Positions 1-8,776 of a stretch of 64,000 bases of DNA are shown in pieces. The position numbers and the translations under genes are program-made. The stretch is from Tannerellaceae bacterium (GTDB lineage Bacteria > Bacteroidota > Bacteroidia > Bacteroidales > CAMTPD01). Below the pieces are notes generated by a model, which did not search any database, was not told the origin of the DNA, and worked only from the letters and a program-made list of their open reading frames with translations. Each line of letters starts with the position of its first letter. The stretch's first letter is position 1. The DNA is taken from positions 1,151 to 65,150 of the forward strand of contig JBOFPV010000038.1 in assembly GCA_051660585.1 (NCBI GenBank), written 5' to 3'.

Positions 1-1545
1 ATAATCAGAACGGCCTCCTCCACCGGAACAAAGCATCATTGGTAAATCTGGATATTTCGCTTTTACACGTTCAAGAATATTATAAAGTCCACGCACATGG
101 TCCACGTAAAGATTCGATTGTTTATCTTTTAAATATACTGAATAAACATTTGTAATCGGACTATTACAATCCCACTTAAAATAAGCGATTTGAGGATATT
201 TTGTCATTAAATCATCAACAATTCCAAAAACATAATCTTGAACTTTCGGATTTGCAAGATCTAACACCATTTGATTTCTAAAATAGTATTCATCTCTATT
301 AGGTAAATGAATCACCCAGTCTTTGTGCTTTTCGTATAACTCACTTTTTGGATTCACCATTTCCGGCTCAATCCACAATCCGAACTTAATACCTTTTTCT
401 GTTGCAGCTTGGGTCAATCGACCTATACCATTAGGTAATTTAGTAACTGTTTCCTCCCAATCTCCTAATCCTTGATGATCACTACTTCGTGGGTATTTAT
501 TACCAAACCAGCCATCATCAAGTAAAAACATATCAACACCTAATTTATTGGCATCATCAAAGAGGTCTATAAGTTTATCTTCATTAAAATCAAAATAAGT
601 TGCTTCCCAGTTATTTAATAATGTCAACCGACCTTTATCCCCATCTTTTACTTGATGATTCAAGGCCCATCTATGTAAGTTTTGACTAGCAGCACCTGCT
701 CCATTATTACTATATGTAAAAATAAACTCTGGCGTAACAAAAACCTCATTGCTTGGTAGCAGATATTCTGATGCATATGGATTGATTCCTGAAATAATAC
801 GAAGGTTATTCAAATTGTCAACCTCAAAAGTAAAACGATAATTGCCCGTCCAAGCCAATGTCCCTAAAAAGACCTCTCCTTGATCCTCCGACATTTTCTC
901 ATCCAAAGCAACAATGAAAAACGGAGAACAAAACATATTCGCTCTTGATCCTAATTTAGAGTCAACCTGCTTCTTCCCAAAATTCAACTCAGTCTCACTC
1001 ATATTTACCTCATGTGCCCAATCTCCAGTAAATTCAGTCAAGAAGTATTTATCTCGTTTTAAATGAAACATAGACGAAGCATAATTATAAATTGTTACAG
1101 GCTTCTTTTCTGAATGCTTTATTTCTGTATGAGCCTTTATCACATTCTCCTTTTCGAAAGCATCAAAAATCAATTTCACCTCAAAAGGGTATTTATCATC
1201 TGCAAGAAGAATAGTCGTACGTACCACTCTGTTTGGCTTCTGTTCTACCTTGTGACTTATATACTTAAGCATTAACGATGGGTTTCCATCATTATGCAAA
1301 ACTCGAATAGCCGGTTCGAAATAATCTTCCAATCCATGAGTTATATATGCCTCTCCATCAAAACCCAAATACTCGAAATCCTGAGCATTCTTTAGCTTTG
1401 GGCCTAAATAAGATTGATAAACTCGACCGTTCTGACCGACCTTATATACCAAGTCTGTTTCTGACGTTGATATATGTACTATCTGGGCTTTTAATCCAGA
1501 TGAAATAATAAATAATAGAATCAAAAGAAAACTCGCCTTCTTCAT
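1..1545 (-). CDS. Alpha-galactosidase, GH36 (3' end runs off the window)
   Basis: Not in the ORF track. My translation from ATG 1545 gives signal peptide MKKASFLLILLFIISSGLKAQ, then GH36 motifs LLNNWEATYFDF, MFLLDDGWFG, GLGDW, KFGLWIEPEMVN and YFKWDCN. Confidence 0.93.
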   Translation of the reverse strand, partial: MKKASFLLILLFIISSGLKAQIVHISTSETDLVYKVGQNGRVYQSYLGPKLKNAQDFEYLGFDGEAYITHGLEDYFEPAIRVLHNDGNPSLMLKYISHKVEQKPNRVVRTTILLADDKYPFEVKLIFDAFEKENVIKAHTEIKHSEKKPVTIYNYASSMFHLKRDKYFLTEFTGDWAHEVNMSETELNFGKKQVDSKLGSRANMFCSPFFIVALDEKMSEDQGEVFLGTLAWTGNYRFTFEVDNLNNLRIISGINPYASEYLLPSNEVFVTPEFIFTYSNNGAGAASQNLHRWALNHQVKDGDKGRLTLLNNWEATYFDFNEDKLIDLFDDANKLGVDMFLLDDGWFGNKYPRSSDHQGLGDWEETVTKLPNGIGRLTQAATEKGIKFGLWIEPEMVNPKSELYEKHKDWVIHLPNRDEYYFRNQMVLDLANPKVQDYVFGIVDDLMTKYPQIAYFKWDCNSPITNVYSVYLKDKQSNLYVDHVRGLYNILERVKAKYPDLPMMLCSGGGGRSDY

Positions 1546-1852
1546 GATATTTAATATATGGTTATTAACAAAACAAATATACACTATTTTACAAAGAAAA
1601 TAAATCAATATTATTCAATAACAAAGCTACAATCGGAATATCAAATTAAACAATTCATACAATATCAAAATCTTAAATCGCAAAACCCCGTTAAACATTA
1701 AATGGATAAGATTAGAAACAGAATAAAGCAAATAAATATTTTTTACTCAAAAAAAACAGCCACAGCTTAAATAAATATAATATTAAGTGTTATTTTTGAC
1801 AGATCATGTATACATTTACAAACGAGAATAACAATAAAAATACCACCAAAGC

Positions 1853-3421
1853 ATGAAAGACACCAGAGGAAAGCATTCACAAAAAAAGAAGTTTTTTAGA
1901 CGAAAATCCTTTTTTGTTATCCTTGGAATCATAATTGGTGCTGTTATTACGATCAGCTCTTTTTATGTTTCGCATTACTTCTCAACAAACGAATCATGTG
2001 AGATGTGCCATGTACATCCTCATGCACATGACAGTTGGAAATTATCAAGCCATGTCAACAATCGTAGTGGCATGAAAGTAAATTGTATTGACTGCCATCT
2101 TCCACCGGGAGGAACTATAGAACATTATCAAGCTAAAGTTTCTACAGGTATGAAAGACGTGTGGGGTAAACTTACAAAGGACAGTGCAGATTTTGACTGG
2201 GAAAGCAAATCTCAACTGGAATATGCTGTAAAAATGATCCCAAACAAGTCATGCAAAAATTGCCATTCAAACTTATTTCCAGAAGGCCTATCTAATGATG
2301 GTGTCACAGCCCATTTATATTATGACGAAAATGAGCAAAAGCTAGACTTACAATGTATCAGTTGTCACCTTAATGTAGGGCATTACAATCCTAATTTCAA
2401 GCATGAAAAAATGAAAGGCCTCCCCAATACAAATATTTCTACAGGTGAACTTTATACAGAAGCTACAACTCTAAAAGAGTTTCAAAACTTCAAGGAACAA
2501 ATACCTGGCACTTCAGTCGCTTTCAACATGAAAGCCATTCCCGGTGGTACTTTTCAAATGGGAAGTCCAGAAAATGAAGCTTTTCGCAATGAAGATGAAA
2601 GTCCAATCAGAAACGTCACACTGAGTCCTTTCTATATGGCAGAATTAGAAGTTACCTGGGATATGTATTGGGCTTTTTACTCAGAAACAATGTCTGAAGG
2701 ACGCATTAGTCCAGAAACTGTTTATGCGAATAATAGTAATCCGGAAGTAGATGCAATCTCAGGACCAACTCCTCCTTTTGGATTCCCTGATCAAGGTTGG
2801 GGGGCAGGCGAACGCCCAGCAATTACAATGACTCATTATGCCGCACAAACTTTCTGTCAATGGCTTTCTAAAAAAACAGGCAAGCAATATCGTCTTCCAA
2901 CTGAAGCAGAATGGGAATATGCAGCTCGCGGAGGGACTTCATCTCCATACTTTTTCGCAGGAACAGCAAGCGACTTTTCTGACAAAGGTTTTTTTCGCAA
3001 AATATTTAAAGCAAAAACTGACTCGATTGATAAATATGTTATTTACACAAAGAATAGCAACAACCGAACTCAATTGCCTGAAACTGTAGCAGCAAATCCG
3101 TTTGGGTTAAAAAACATGCTCGGCAATGTTATGGAATATTGTTCTGATAAGTACACTCCATCTGCATATGCAGAATCTCCGTCTGACGTAACAAATCCGA
3201 AGGGTCCTTCCCAAGGAGATGAATATGTTGTACGAGGAGGATTGTACAATACAGATCCAGAAAATGTAAGATGCGCTGCACGCGGGAAAACAGACCACAC
3301 TAAATGGTTAAAAACGGATCCACAACAACCTAAAAGTATATGGTGGTACTCTGACATTAAAGGTATTGGTTTTCGCGTCGTATGTGATGCCGATAACTAT
3401 AATACTCTTGCAAATAATTAA
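1853..3421 (+). CDS. NapC/NirT-type tetraheme cytochrome c fused to an FGE-sulfatase (SUMF1-like) domain
   Basis: N-terminal TM helix; four CxxCH motifs (CEMCH, CIDCH, CKNCH, CISCH); C-terminal FGE-family motifs IPGGTFQMGS, YRLPTEAEWEYAARGG, NPFGLKNMLGNVMEYC and GFRVV. Confidence 0.9.
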   Translation: MKDTRGKHSQKKKFFRRKSFFVILGIIIGAVITISSFYVSHYFSTNESCEMCHVHPHAHDSWKLSSHVNNRSGMKVNCIDCHLPPGGTIEHYQAKVSTGMKDVWGKLTKDSADFDWESKSQLEYAVKMIPNKSCKNCHSNLFPEGLSNDGVTAHLYYDENEQKLDLQCISCHLNVGHYNPNFKHEKMKGLPNTNISTGELYTEATTLKEFQNFKEQIPGTSVAFNMKAIPGGTFQMGSPENEAFRNEDESPIRNVTLSPFYMAELEVTWDMYWAFYSETMSEGRISPETVYANNSNPEVDAISGPTPPFGFPDQGWGAGERPAITMTHYAAQTFCQWLSKKTGKQYRLPTEAEWEYAARGGTSSPYFFAGTASDFSDKGFFRKIFKAKTDSIDKYVIYTKNSNNRTQLPETVAANPFGLKNMLGNVMEYCSDKYTPSAYAESPSDVTNPKGPSQGDEYVVRGGLYNTDPENVRCAARGKTDHTKWLKTDPQQPKSIWWYSDIKGIGFRVVCDADNYNTLANN

Positions 3422-3455
3422 TTCTTTTTTATAAACTTCTAAACCTAATAGTATC

Positions 3456-4838
3456 ATGGAAACTAAAAACGGTCTTAGCAGAAGAAGCTTCCTTAAAAGT
3501 GGAGCAATGGCAAGTGCCTTAGGTGCAATAGGAACAAGCACAGGTGCTGCTACTATTTTATCATCTTGTAGTAGTCAGGAAGAAAACAAGCCTGCCTATA
3601 CCCCTCTTCGTCCTCAGTCTGAGATATACATTCCTTACTTAACAGACAAAGCTATAGACGGAAAGCCACTAAAAGCAGGTATAATTGGTTGTGGAGGTCG
3701 AGGCTCGGGTGCTGCTTTTAACTTCTTAGACGCAGCTGACAATGTTACAATTACGGCGCTTGCAGATGTATTTCAAGAGCGTGTAGACGGACTTCGCAAC
3801 ACTCTAAAAGAAAAAAGAAACATTGATATTCCAGCCGAAAACTGTTTTGTTGGCTTCGATGCATATCAGAAAGTTATTGATTCGGGTGTAGATGTTGTTT
3901 TGATTTGTACTCCTCCTGTATTTAGACCTGAACAATTTAAATACGCTGTCGAAAAAAACAAACACTCATTTCTTGAGAAACCAGTAGCAGCAGACGCAGC
4001 AGGTTACAGACAAGTTGTTGCATCATCCAAACAAGCCGTTGCTAAAGGACTTTGCGTTATAACAGGTACGCAACGCCACCATCAACGCTGCTATGTTGCC
4101 TCGTACCAGAAAGTGCAAGAGGGATTGATTGGTGAGATTACCGGCGGTGTTGTATATTGGAATCAAAGTATGCTTTGGTATCGAAACCGCGAAAAGAATT
4201 GGACGGATGTAGAGTGGATGATCAAAGATTGGGTTAACTGGACTTGGTTATCGGGTGACCACATCGTTGAACAGCACGTTCACAACATTGACGTTTACAA
4301 TTGGTTCACAGGTCAAAAACCTTCAAGTGCAGTCGCTTTTGGTTCTCGTCAACGCCGCATTACCGGAAATCAATACGATAACTTCAGCACCGACTTTGTA
4401 TATCCGGGAGGAGTACATATGCACAGTATGTGTAGACAGATAGACGGTTGCGTTAATAATGTTAGCGAGTTTATTCAAGGCACACTTGGAACTTGGGATA
4501 GCAAAACATTTGAAATCAAAGATCTTCAAGGCAATGTTGTCTGGAAATACGACTTCGAACAACAAGATAAGGAGTTTAAACAAAATGACCCTTATGTATT
4601 GGAACATGTAGACTGGATTACTCATATTCGCAAAAACGAACCATTCTCAGAAGCAGAAGATACAGCAATTTCTACTCTTTGTGCGGTAATGGGACGCGTA
4701 TCAGCATACACAGGTAGCGAAGTTACTTGGGATGCAATGAGCGCAGCAGACCAAAACTTACTACCTACCGATTTAAGTTTAGCGACAAAAATGCCAGAAA
4801 GCACATATGTAATACCTGTACCAGGCTCTGCAAAATAA
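3456..4838 (+). CDS. Tat-exported Gfo/Idh/MocA family oxidoreductase, probable lipoprotein
   Basis: Twin-arginine SRRSFLK and a lipobox-like ILSSC; Rossmann GIIGCGGRG; EKP motif; EQHVHNID. Confidence 0.9.
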   Translation: METKNGLSRRSFLKSGAMASALGAIGTSTGAATILSSCSSQEENKPAYTPLRPQSEIYIPYLTDKAIDGKPLKAGIIGCGGRGSGAAFNFLDAADNVTITALADVFQERVDGLRNTLKEKRNIDIPAENCFVGFDAYQKVIDSGVDVVLICTPPVFRPEQFKYAVEKNKHSFLEKPVAADAAGYRQVVASSKQAVAKGLCVITGTQRHHQRCYVASYQKVQEGLIGEITGGVVYWNQSMLWYRNREKNWTDVEWMIKDWVNWTWLSGDHIVEQHVHNIDVYNWFTGQKPSSAVAFGSRQRRITGNQYDNFSTDFVYPGGVHMHSMCRQIDGCVNNVSEFIQGTLGTWDSKTFEIKDLQGNVVWKYDFEQQDKEFKQNDPYVLEHVDWITHIRKNEPFSEAEDTAISTLCAVMGRVSAYTGSEVTWDAMSAADQNLLPTDLSLATKMPESTYVIPVPGSAK

Positions 4839-4853
4839 ATAATCAATCATGTT

Positions 4854-4901
4854 AAAAAACGATCAGATCAATTAGTTATCGACTAATTCTGATCGTTTTT
4901 T
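4854..4901 (+). terminator. Intrinsic terminator-like hairpin between the GFO and TIM-barrel genes
   Basis: AAAAAACGATCAGA..AATTAGT / ACTAATT.CTGATCGTTTTTT inverted repeat with a T tract. Confidence 0.7.
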
Positions 4902-4953
4902 TATTAGTTTTGTGACACATGCATTGATTAACCTAAATTCAAAATACATTATC

Positions 4954-5886
4954 ATGGAAATAAACAGACGCAACTTTTTAAAAGCAACTTTGGCATCAAC
5001 AGCCTTAGCTGCTGGAACTTTTGCGCATGCGGCAGATGTGAACACAATCTTTTCACCGCAAAATAAACAAAAGAAAAGTACAAACAACAACGGAGTTCTG
5101 AAGATATCTTTTCAAGAAGGAATTGCGCCAGGAGAATCACTCAATGAGAAACTAGATTATATGGAAAATCTAGGAGTAGTTGGACTTGAGCCATGGGGCG
5201 GAGGACTGCCAGGCAGAGTAACAGAAATACAAAAAGCACTTCAAAACAGAAACATAAAAGTGAGTGCAATTTGTGCCGGATTCAAAGGCTTTCTTCTATC
5301 AGAAGATCCAGCTGTAAGAAAAGAGTGTAAAGACACCATGAAAGAGATTCTTGCTGCAGCCGGAGAGTTAGGTTCTGTAGGAGTTATTCTTGTTCCGGGA
5401 TTCAACGGACAAAAACCTGCACTCCCTCATAGCATGGATACACGGAAATTCTTGTGTGATGAACTTGCCGAGCTTGGAGAGTATGCTGTACAAAACAACA
5501 CCACAGTAATTCTTGAGCCACTCAACAGGCAAGAAGCATTTTATTTACGTCAAGTAGGAGATGCGGCATCTATTTGTAGAGATATCAATAGCAAAGGAGT
5601 TACATGCATGGGCGACTTCTGGCATATGACATTTGAAGAACCTTGCGATATGGGAGCTTTTATCTCTGGAGGTGATAAGCTTTCACACGTACATGTGGCA
5701 AGCAGAAAGCGTAGAAGTATGCCTGGAGAAGATGGCGAAGCTGACAATTACATTAACGGATTTAAAGGTTTAAAACTAATCGGTTATGACAATTATGTAA
5801 GCTTTGAATGCGGAAGTCAAGGAGATAAAAAGACTACCGTACCAGCAGCAGTAGCTTTGCTTAAAGAACAATGGAATAAAGCATAA
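4954..5886 (+). CDS. Tat-exported sugar phosphate isomerase/epimerase (xylose-isomerase-like TIM barrel, AP_endonuc_2)
   Basis: ATG 4954 gives MEINRRNFLK (Tat motif); metal-site motifs ILEPLNRQE, GDFWHM, SHVHVA and VSFEC. Confidence 0.88.
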   Translation: MEINRRNFLKATLASTALAAGTFAHAADVNTIFSPQNKQKKSTNNNGVLKISFQEGIAPGESLNEKLDYMENLGVVGLEPWGGGLPGRVTEIQKALQNRNIKVSAICAGFKGFLLSEDPAVRKECKDTMKEILAAAGELGSVGVILVPGFNGQKPALPHSMDTRKFLCDELAELGEYAVQNNTTVILEPLNRQEAFYLRQVGDAASICRDINSKGVTCMGDFWHMTFEEPCDMGAFISGGDKLSHVHVASRKRRSMPGEDGEADNYINGFKGLKLIGYDNYVSFECGSQGDKKTTVPAAVALLKEQWNKA

Positions 5887-5894
5887 AATAAACT

Positions 5895-6608
5895 ATGTCA
5901 TTAATTAAGTCGAATATGATTCTTAGCGAGGTGGTTGAACAAAACCCCTCGCTTATTCCGGTTATCAACCGATTCAATATCCATTTAGGATTAGGAGATA
6001 CCCGCATTCAAGAAATTTGTGCCAAAGAAGGGATTGATTCTGAGTTCTTCTTGGCTGTGATCAATACGTTTCTTAACGACGAATATTTTCCAGAAAAGAA
6101 ACTATTAGCATTCAACGCCTCTCAAATTGTTGACTACTTAGATAAGACAAATCAGTACTATCTTAAGTTTCAGCTACCCAATATCGAACGCCATCTGAAC
6201 TCCTTTATCCACTCAAGCGGCAACCCATCTCTACTACCAATTCAAAAGTTTGTCTTGAAGTTTCGAGAAAAATTGACCAAAAGAATTGAAAAAGATGAAA
6301 CGGAGTTATTTCCTTATTGCCTCGAGGCAAACAACGAAATCATTGCTCAAGCAGCCGAACGTATCCTCAACGAAACACAAAAAGAATGCAAAACTGAACA
6401 TGAGGATACAATCGAGGCACTCCTCAACGACCTCAACAGCATCATGATCAAACATATCAACGGCAACTTTGATGAAAACCTTTGCTATGCAGTAATTTTT
6501 GGTATATATAGCCTTGCGAAAGACATCAAGCAACATAATCGAATTAGATACCGCATACTATACCCAATGGTTAGAGCGATCAAAGTATATCAGCATAAAC
6601 AACATTAA
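5895..6608 (+). CDS. Hemerythrin-like / ScdA-RIC-like protein with degenerate iron ligands
   Basis: N-terminal VINRFNIHLGLGD..I.EIC (ScdA_N/DUF542-like) followed by helical repeats ending ELFPY and ILYP; lies directly upstream of a LuxR gene, as is typical in Bacteroidales. Confidence 0.7.
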   Translation: MSLIKSNMILSEVVEQNPSLIPVINRFNIHLGLGDTRIQEICAKEGIDSEFFLAVINTFLNDEYFPEKKLLAFNASQIVDYLDKTNQYYLKFQLPNIERHLNSFIHSSGNPSLLPIQKFVLKFREKLTKRIEKDETELFPYCLEANNEIIAQAAERILNETQKECKTEHEDTIEALLNDLNSIMIKHINGNFDENLCYAVIFGIYSLAKDIKQHNRIRYRILYPMVRAIKVYQHKQH

Positions 6609-6611
6609 CAA

Positions 6612-7184
6612 ATGTCTCAATCGCTTAGTATAGCAATTATCCATACTAATACACTTGTAACATCGGGGCTTTCTTGGATATTCAACACCTATTTCAAACC
6701 CGTACAAGTAAAGATTTATCTCTCTGCCGAAGAATACACGCGATGTTCGGGTGGACAAGGAGATTATATCTTTACAGATACCGAAACGTATGCACTTCAC
6801 CCCGATTTATTCATCCCCCGCAAACAAAAAACCTGGATATTTATAGATAAGCAGAATCTAACGACGCAAACAAGTGGACCGTTCTTTTTGCATATGCAAG
6901 CTCCCATCGAATCTATTATTGAGCAACTGGAAACAATAAATTCACAAAACGTATCCAATAGTAACGATAATGGCAAAGAACTTTCTTCGCGCGAAATTGA
7001 AGTTCTGCAATTCATTGTAAGAGGCGCTATCAATAAAGAAATTGCAGATAAACTCTCCATAAGTCTTAACACAGTCTTGACACACAGAAAAAACATTACA
7101 AGCAAACTAGGCATCAAAACCGTTTCAGGACTCACCTTTTATGCAATGATGAATGGTTATATCTCTTCAGACGCCATAGAATAA
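6612..7184 (+). CDS. LuxR/GerE-family transcriptional regulator
   Basis: C-terminal HTH LSSREIEVLQFIVRGAINKEIADKLSISLNTVLTHRKNITSKLG; degenerate receiver-like N-terminus. Confidence 0.92.
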   Translation: MSQSLSIAIIHTNTLVTSGLSWIFNTYFKPVQVKIYLSAEEYTRCSGGQGDYIFTDTETYALHPDLFIPRKQKTWIFIDKQNLTTQTSGPFFLHMQAPIESIIEQLETINSQNVSNSNDNGKELSSREIEVLQFIVRGAINKEIADKLSISLNTVLTHRKNITSKLGIKTVSGLTFYAMMNGYISSDAIE

Positions 7185-7224
7185 CAGCAATAAGTCGATC
7201 CGCAAAACTCATAACTTAAACAAC

Positions 7225-7839
7225 ATGATTAAAGCAGAAAACATTACGATATCATACAATGACCTCACCCCTATACAAGATTTCTCATTTGAAATACCTG
7301 CAAATACCAAATGCGTACTAACAGGGCCTTCGGGCAGAGGCAAATCTTCTCTTCTCAACAGCATTGCCGGATTTGTAAATCCCACAAAAGGCAAACTGTA
7401 TGTTCATAACATAGAAATAAATGAACAAAACATTGCCCAAGTACGTAAAACAATTAGCTATCTACCTCAGGAGCTAAACATTGATTTGCCAACCTGCAAG
7501 CAATTACTTTACTATCCTTTTACATTTAAAGTAAACAAAGCCATTAAGCCTAGTGAGAAAGATGTAGCACAAATCCTTGAGCAATTACTTCTACCTTCAG
7601 ATATCTTAGAAAAACAACTTTCTGAAATATCCGGCGGACAAAAACAAAGATTGGCTCTAGCCTCAATCTTATTACTCAAGCGTCCTATCCTTTTACTCGA
7701 TGAGCCCACGTCTGCACTTGATGATGCATCAACAACAGCTGTTATTGACACCATCCTTGCACTAAACCAAGTCACTGTTATTTCTGCATCGCACGATTCT
7801 CGATGGATTGAAAAAATGAACCTCTCTATTTCTCTTTAA
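7225..7839 (+). CDS. ABC transporter ATPase (FetA/YbbL-like)
   Basis: Walker A GPSGRGKS, signature ISGGQKQR, Walker B LLLDEPTSALD, H-loop SHD; adjacent to a FetB-like permease. Confidence 0.88.
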   Translation: MIKAENITISYNDLTPIQDFSFEIPANTKCVLTGPSGRGKSSLLNSIAGFVNPTKGKLYVHNIEINEQNIAQVRKTISYLPQELNIDLPTCKQLLYYPFTFKVNKAIKPSEKDVAQILEQLLLPSDILEKQLSEISGGQKQRLALASILLLKRPILLLDEPTSALDDASTTAVIDTILALNQVTVISASHDSRWIEKMNLSISL

Positions 7840-7867
7840 AAAACTTCTAAAAAACAAACAACTCACA

Positions 7868-8656
7868 ATGGGAGCACAAGATATTAGCTGGTTACATCTG
7901 GCAATGGGATACATCCTATTAATTATTCCAATCACGATCTCTTCTTATTACAAAATGGGATTAGCAAAAGACACCATCGTCTCTGTTTTGCGAATGACCA
8001 TTCAACTCCTTTTAGTTGGTGTATATCTTGAATTTATATTCCAGTTAGACAATCCGCTTATCAACCTTGCTTGGGTTGCAATCATGCTAAGCGTTACCAC
8101 GTATACCATTTTGCAACGCTCCAACCTAAAGCAGCTTCGTTTTTTCACACCGGTATGGAGTGCGATCTTCATCAGTATTTTAGTAGTCGATTTCTTTCTA
8201 CTCTATCAAGTCCTTGATCTGAAATCGCTAACAGATGCACGCTATCTGATCCCGATTACCGGAATGCTTATCGGAAACACACTAGCCGACATCGTAACGT
8301 CGATGAATGTATTTTACACCAACATCGACAAACAAAAAAACACCTACCGATATGCCTTAGCAAACGGAGCAACACAAGGCGAAGCTCTAAATATATTTAT
8401 GCGTGATGCAATGAAAGTATCCATGAACCGAGGACTTGCCAGTACGGCCGTAATGGGACTTGTTTCTTTACCGGGCATGATGACAGGACAGATTCTTGGT
8501 GGTAGTTCGCCTTCCATCGCGATTAAATACCAAATTCTTATCGTGATTACTATTTTCGTATCCTCCTCAGCAAGCGTATTCCTTACACTTTTGTTTACCA
8601 AACGAAAAGCCATCGACCCGTTTGGCAATCTTCGTAAAGAGATTTTCAAAAAATAA
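7868..8656 (+). CDS. fetB: ABC permease, UPF0014/FetB (YbbM) family
   Basis: RMTIQLLLVG, YLIPITGMLIGN and GLVSLPGMMTGQILGG..P..AIKYQI signatures. Confidence 0.85.
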   Translation: MGAQDISWLHLAMGYILLIIPITISSYYKMGLAKDTIVSVLRMTIQLLLVGVYLEFIFQLDNPLINLAWVAIMLSVTTYTILQRSNLKQLRFFTPVWSAIFISILVVDFFLLYQVLDLKSLTDARYLIPITGMLIGNTLADIVTSMNVFYTNIDKQKNTYRYALANGATQGEALNIFMRDAMKVSMNRGLASTAVMGLVSLPGMMTGQILGGSSPSIAIKYQILIVITIFVSSSASVFLTLLFTKRKAIDPFGNLRKEIFKK

Positions 8657-8703
8657 AATTCAACACAGCTTTATAAATAAGCAAAGAATCTCATTTCCAT
8701 TAA

Positions 8704-8723
8704 AATCACTACATGTAGTGATT
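8704..8723. promoter_or_regulatory. Perfect 20-bp palindrome, putative operator of the TonB receptor gene
   Basis: AATCACTACA|TGTAGTGATT, ending 53 bp upstream of ATG 8777; it has no loop and no U tract. Confidence 0.7.
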
Positions 8724-8776
8724 GCGGCGCTTTGAAGAAACTTGTTACTTTGCTAAAAAATTAACAAGATTGTTTT

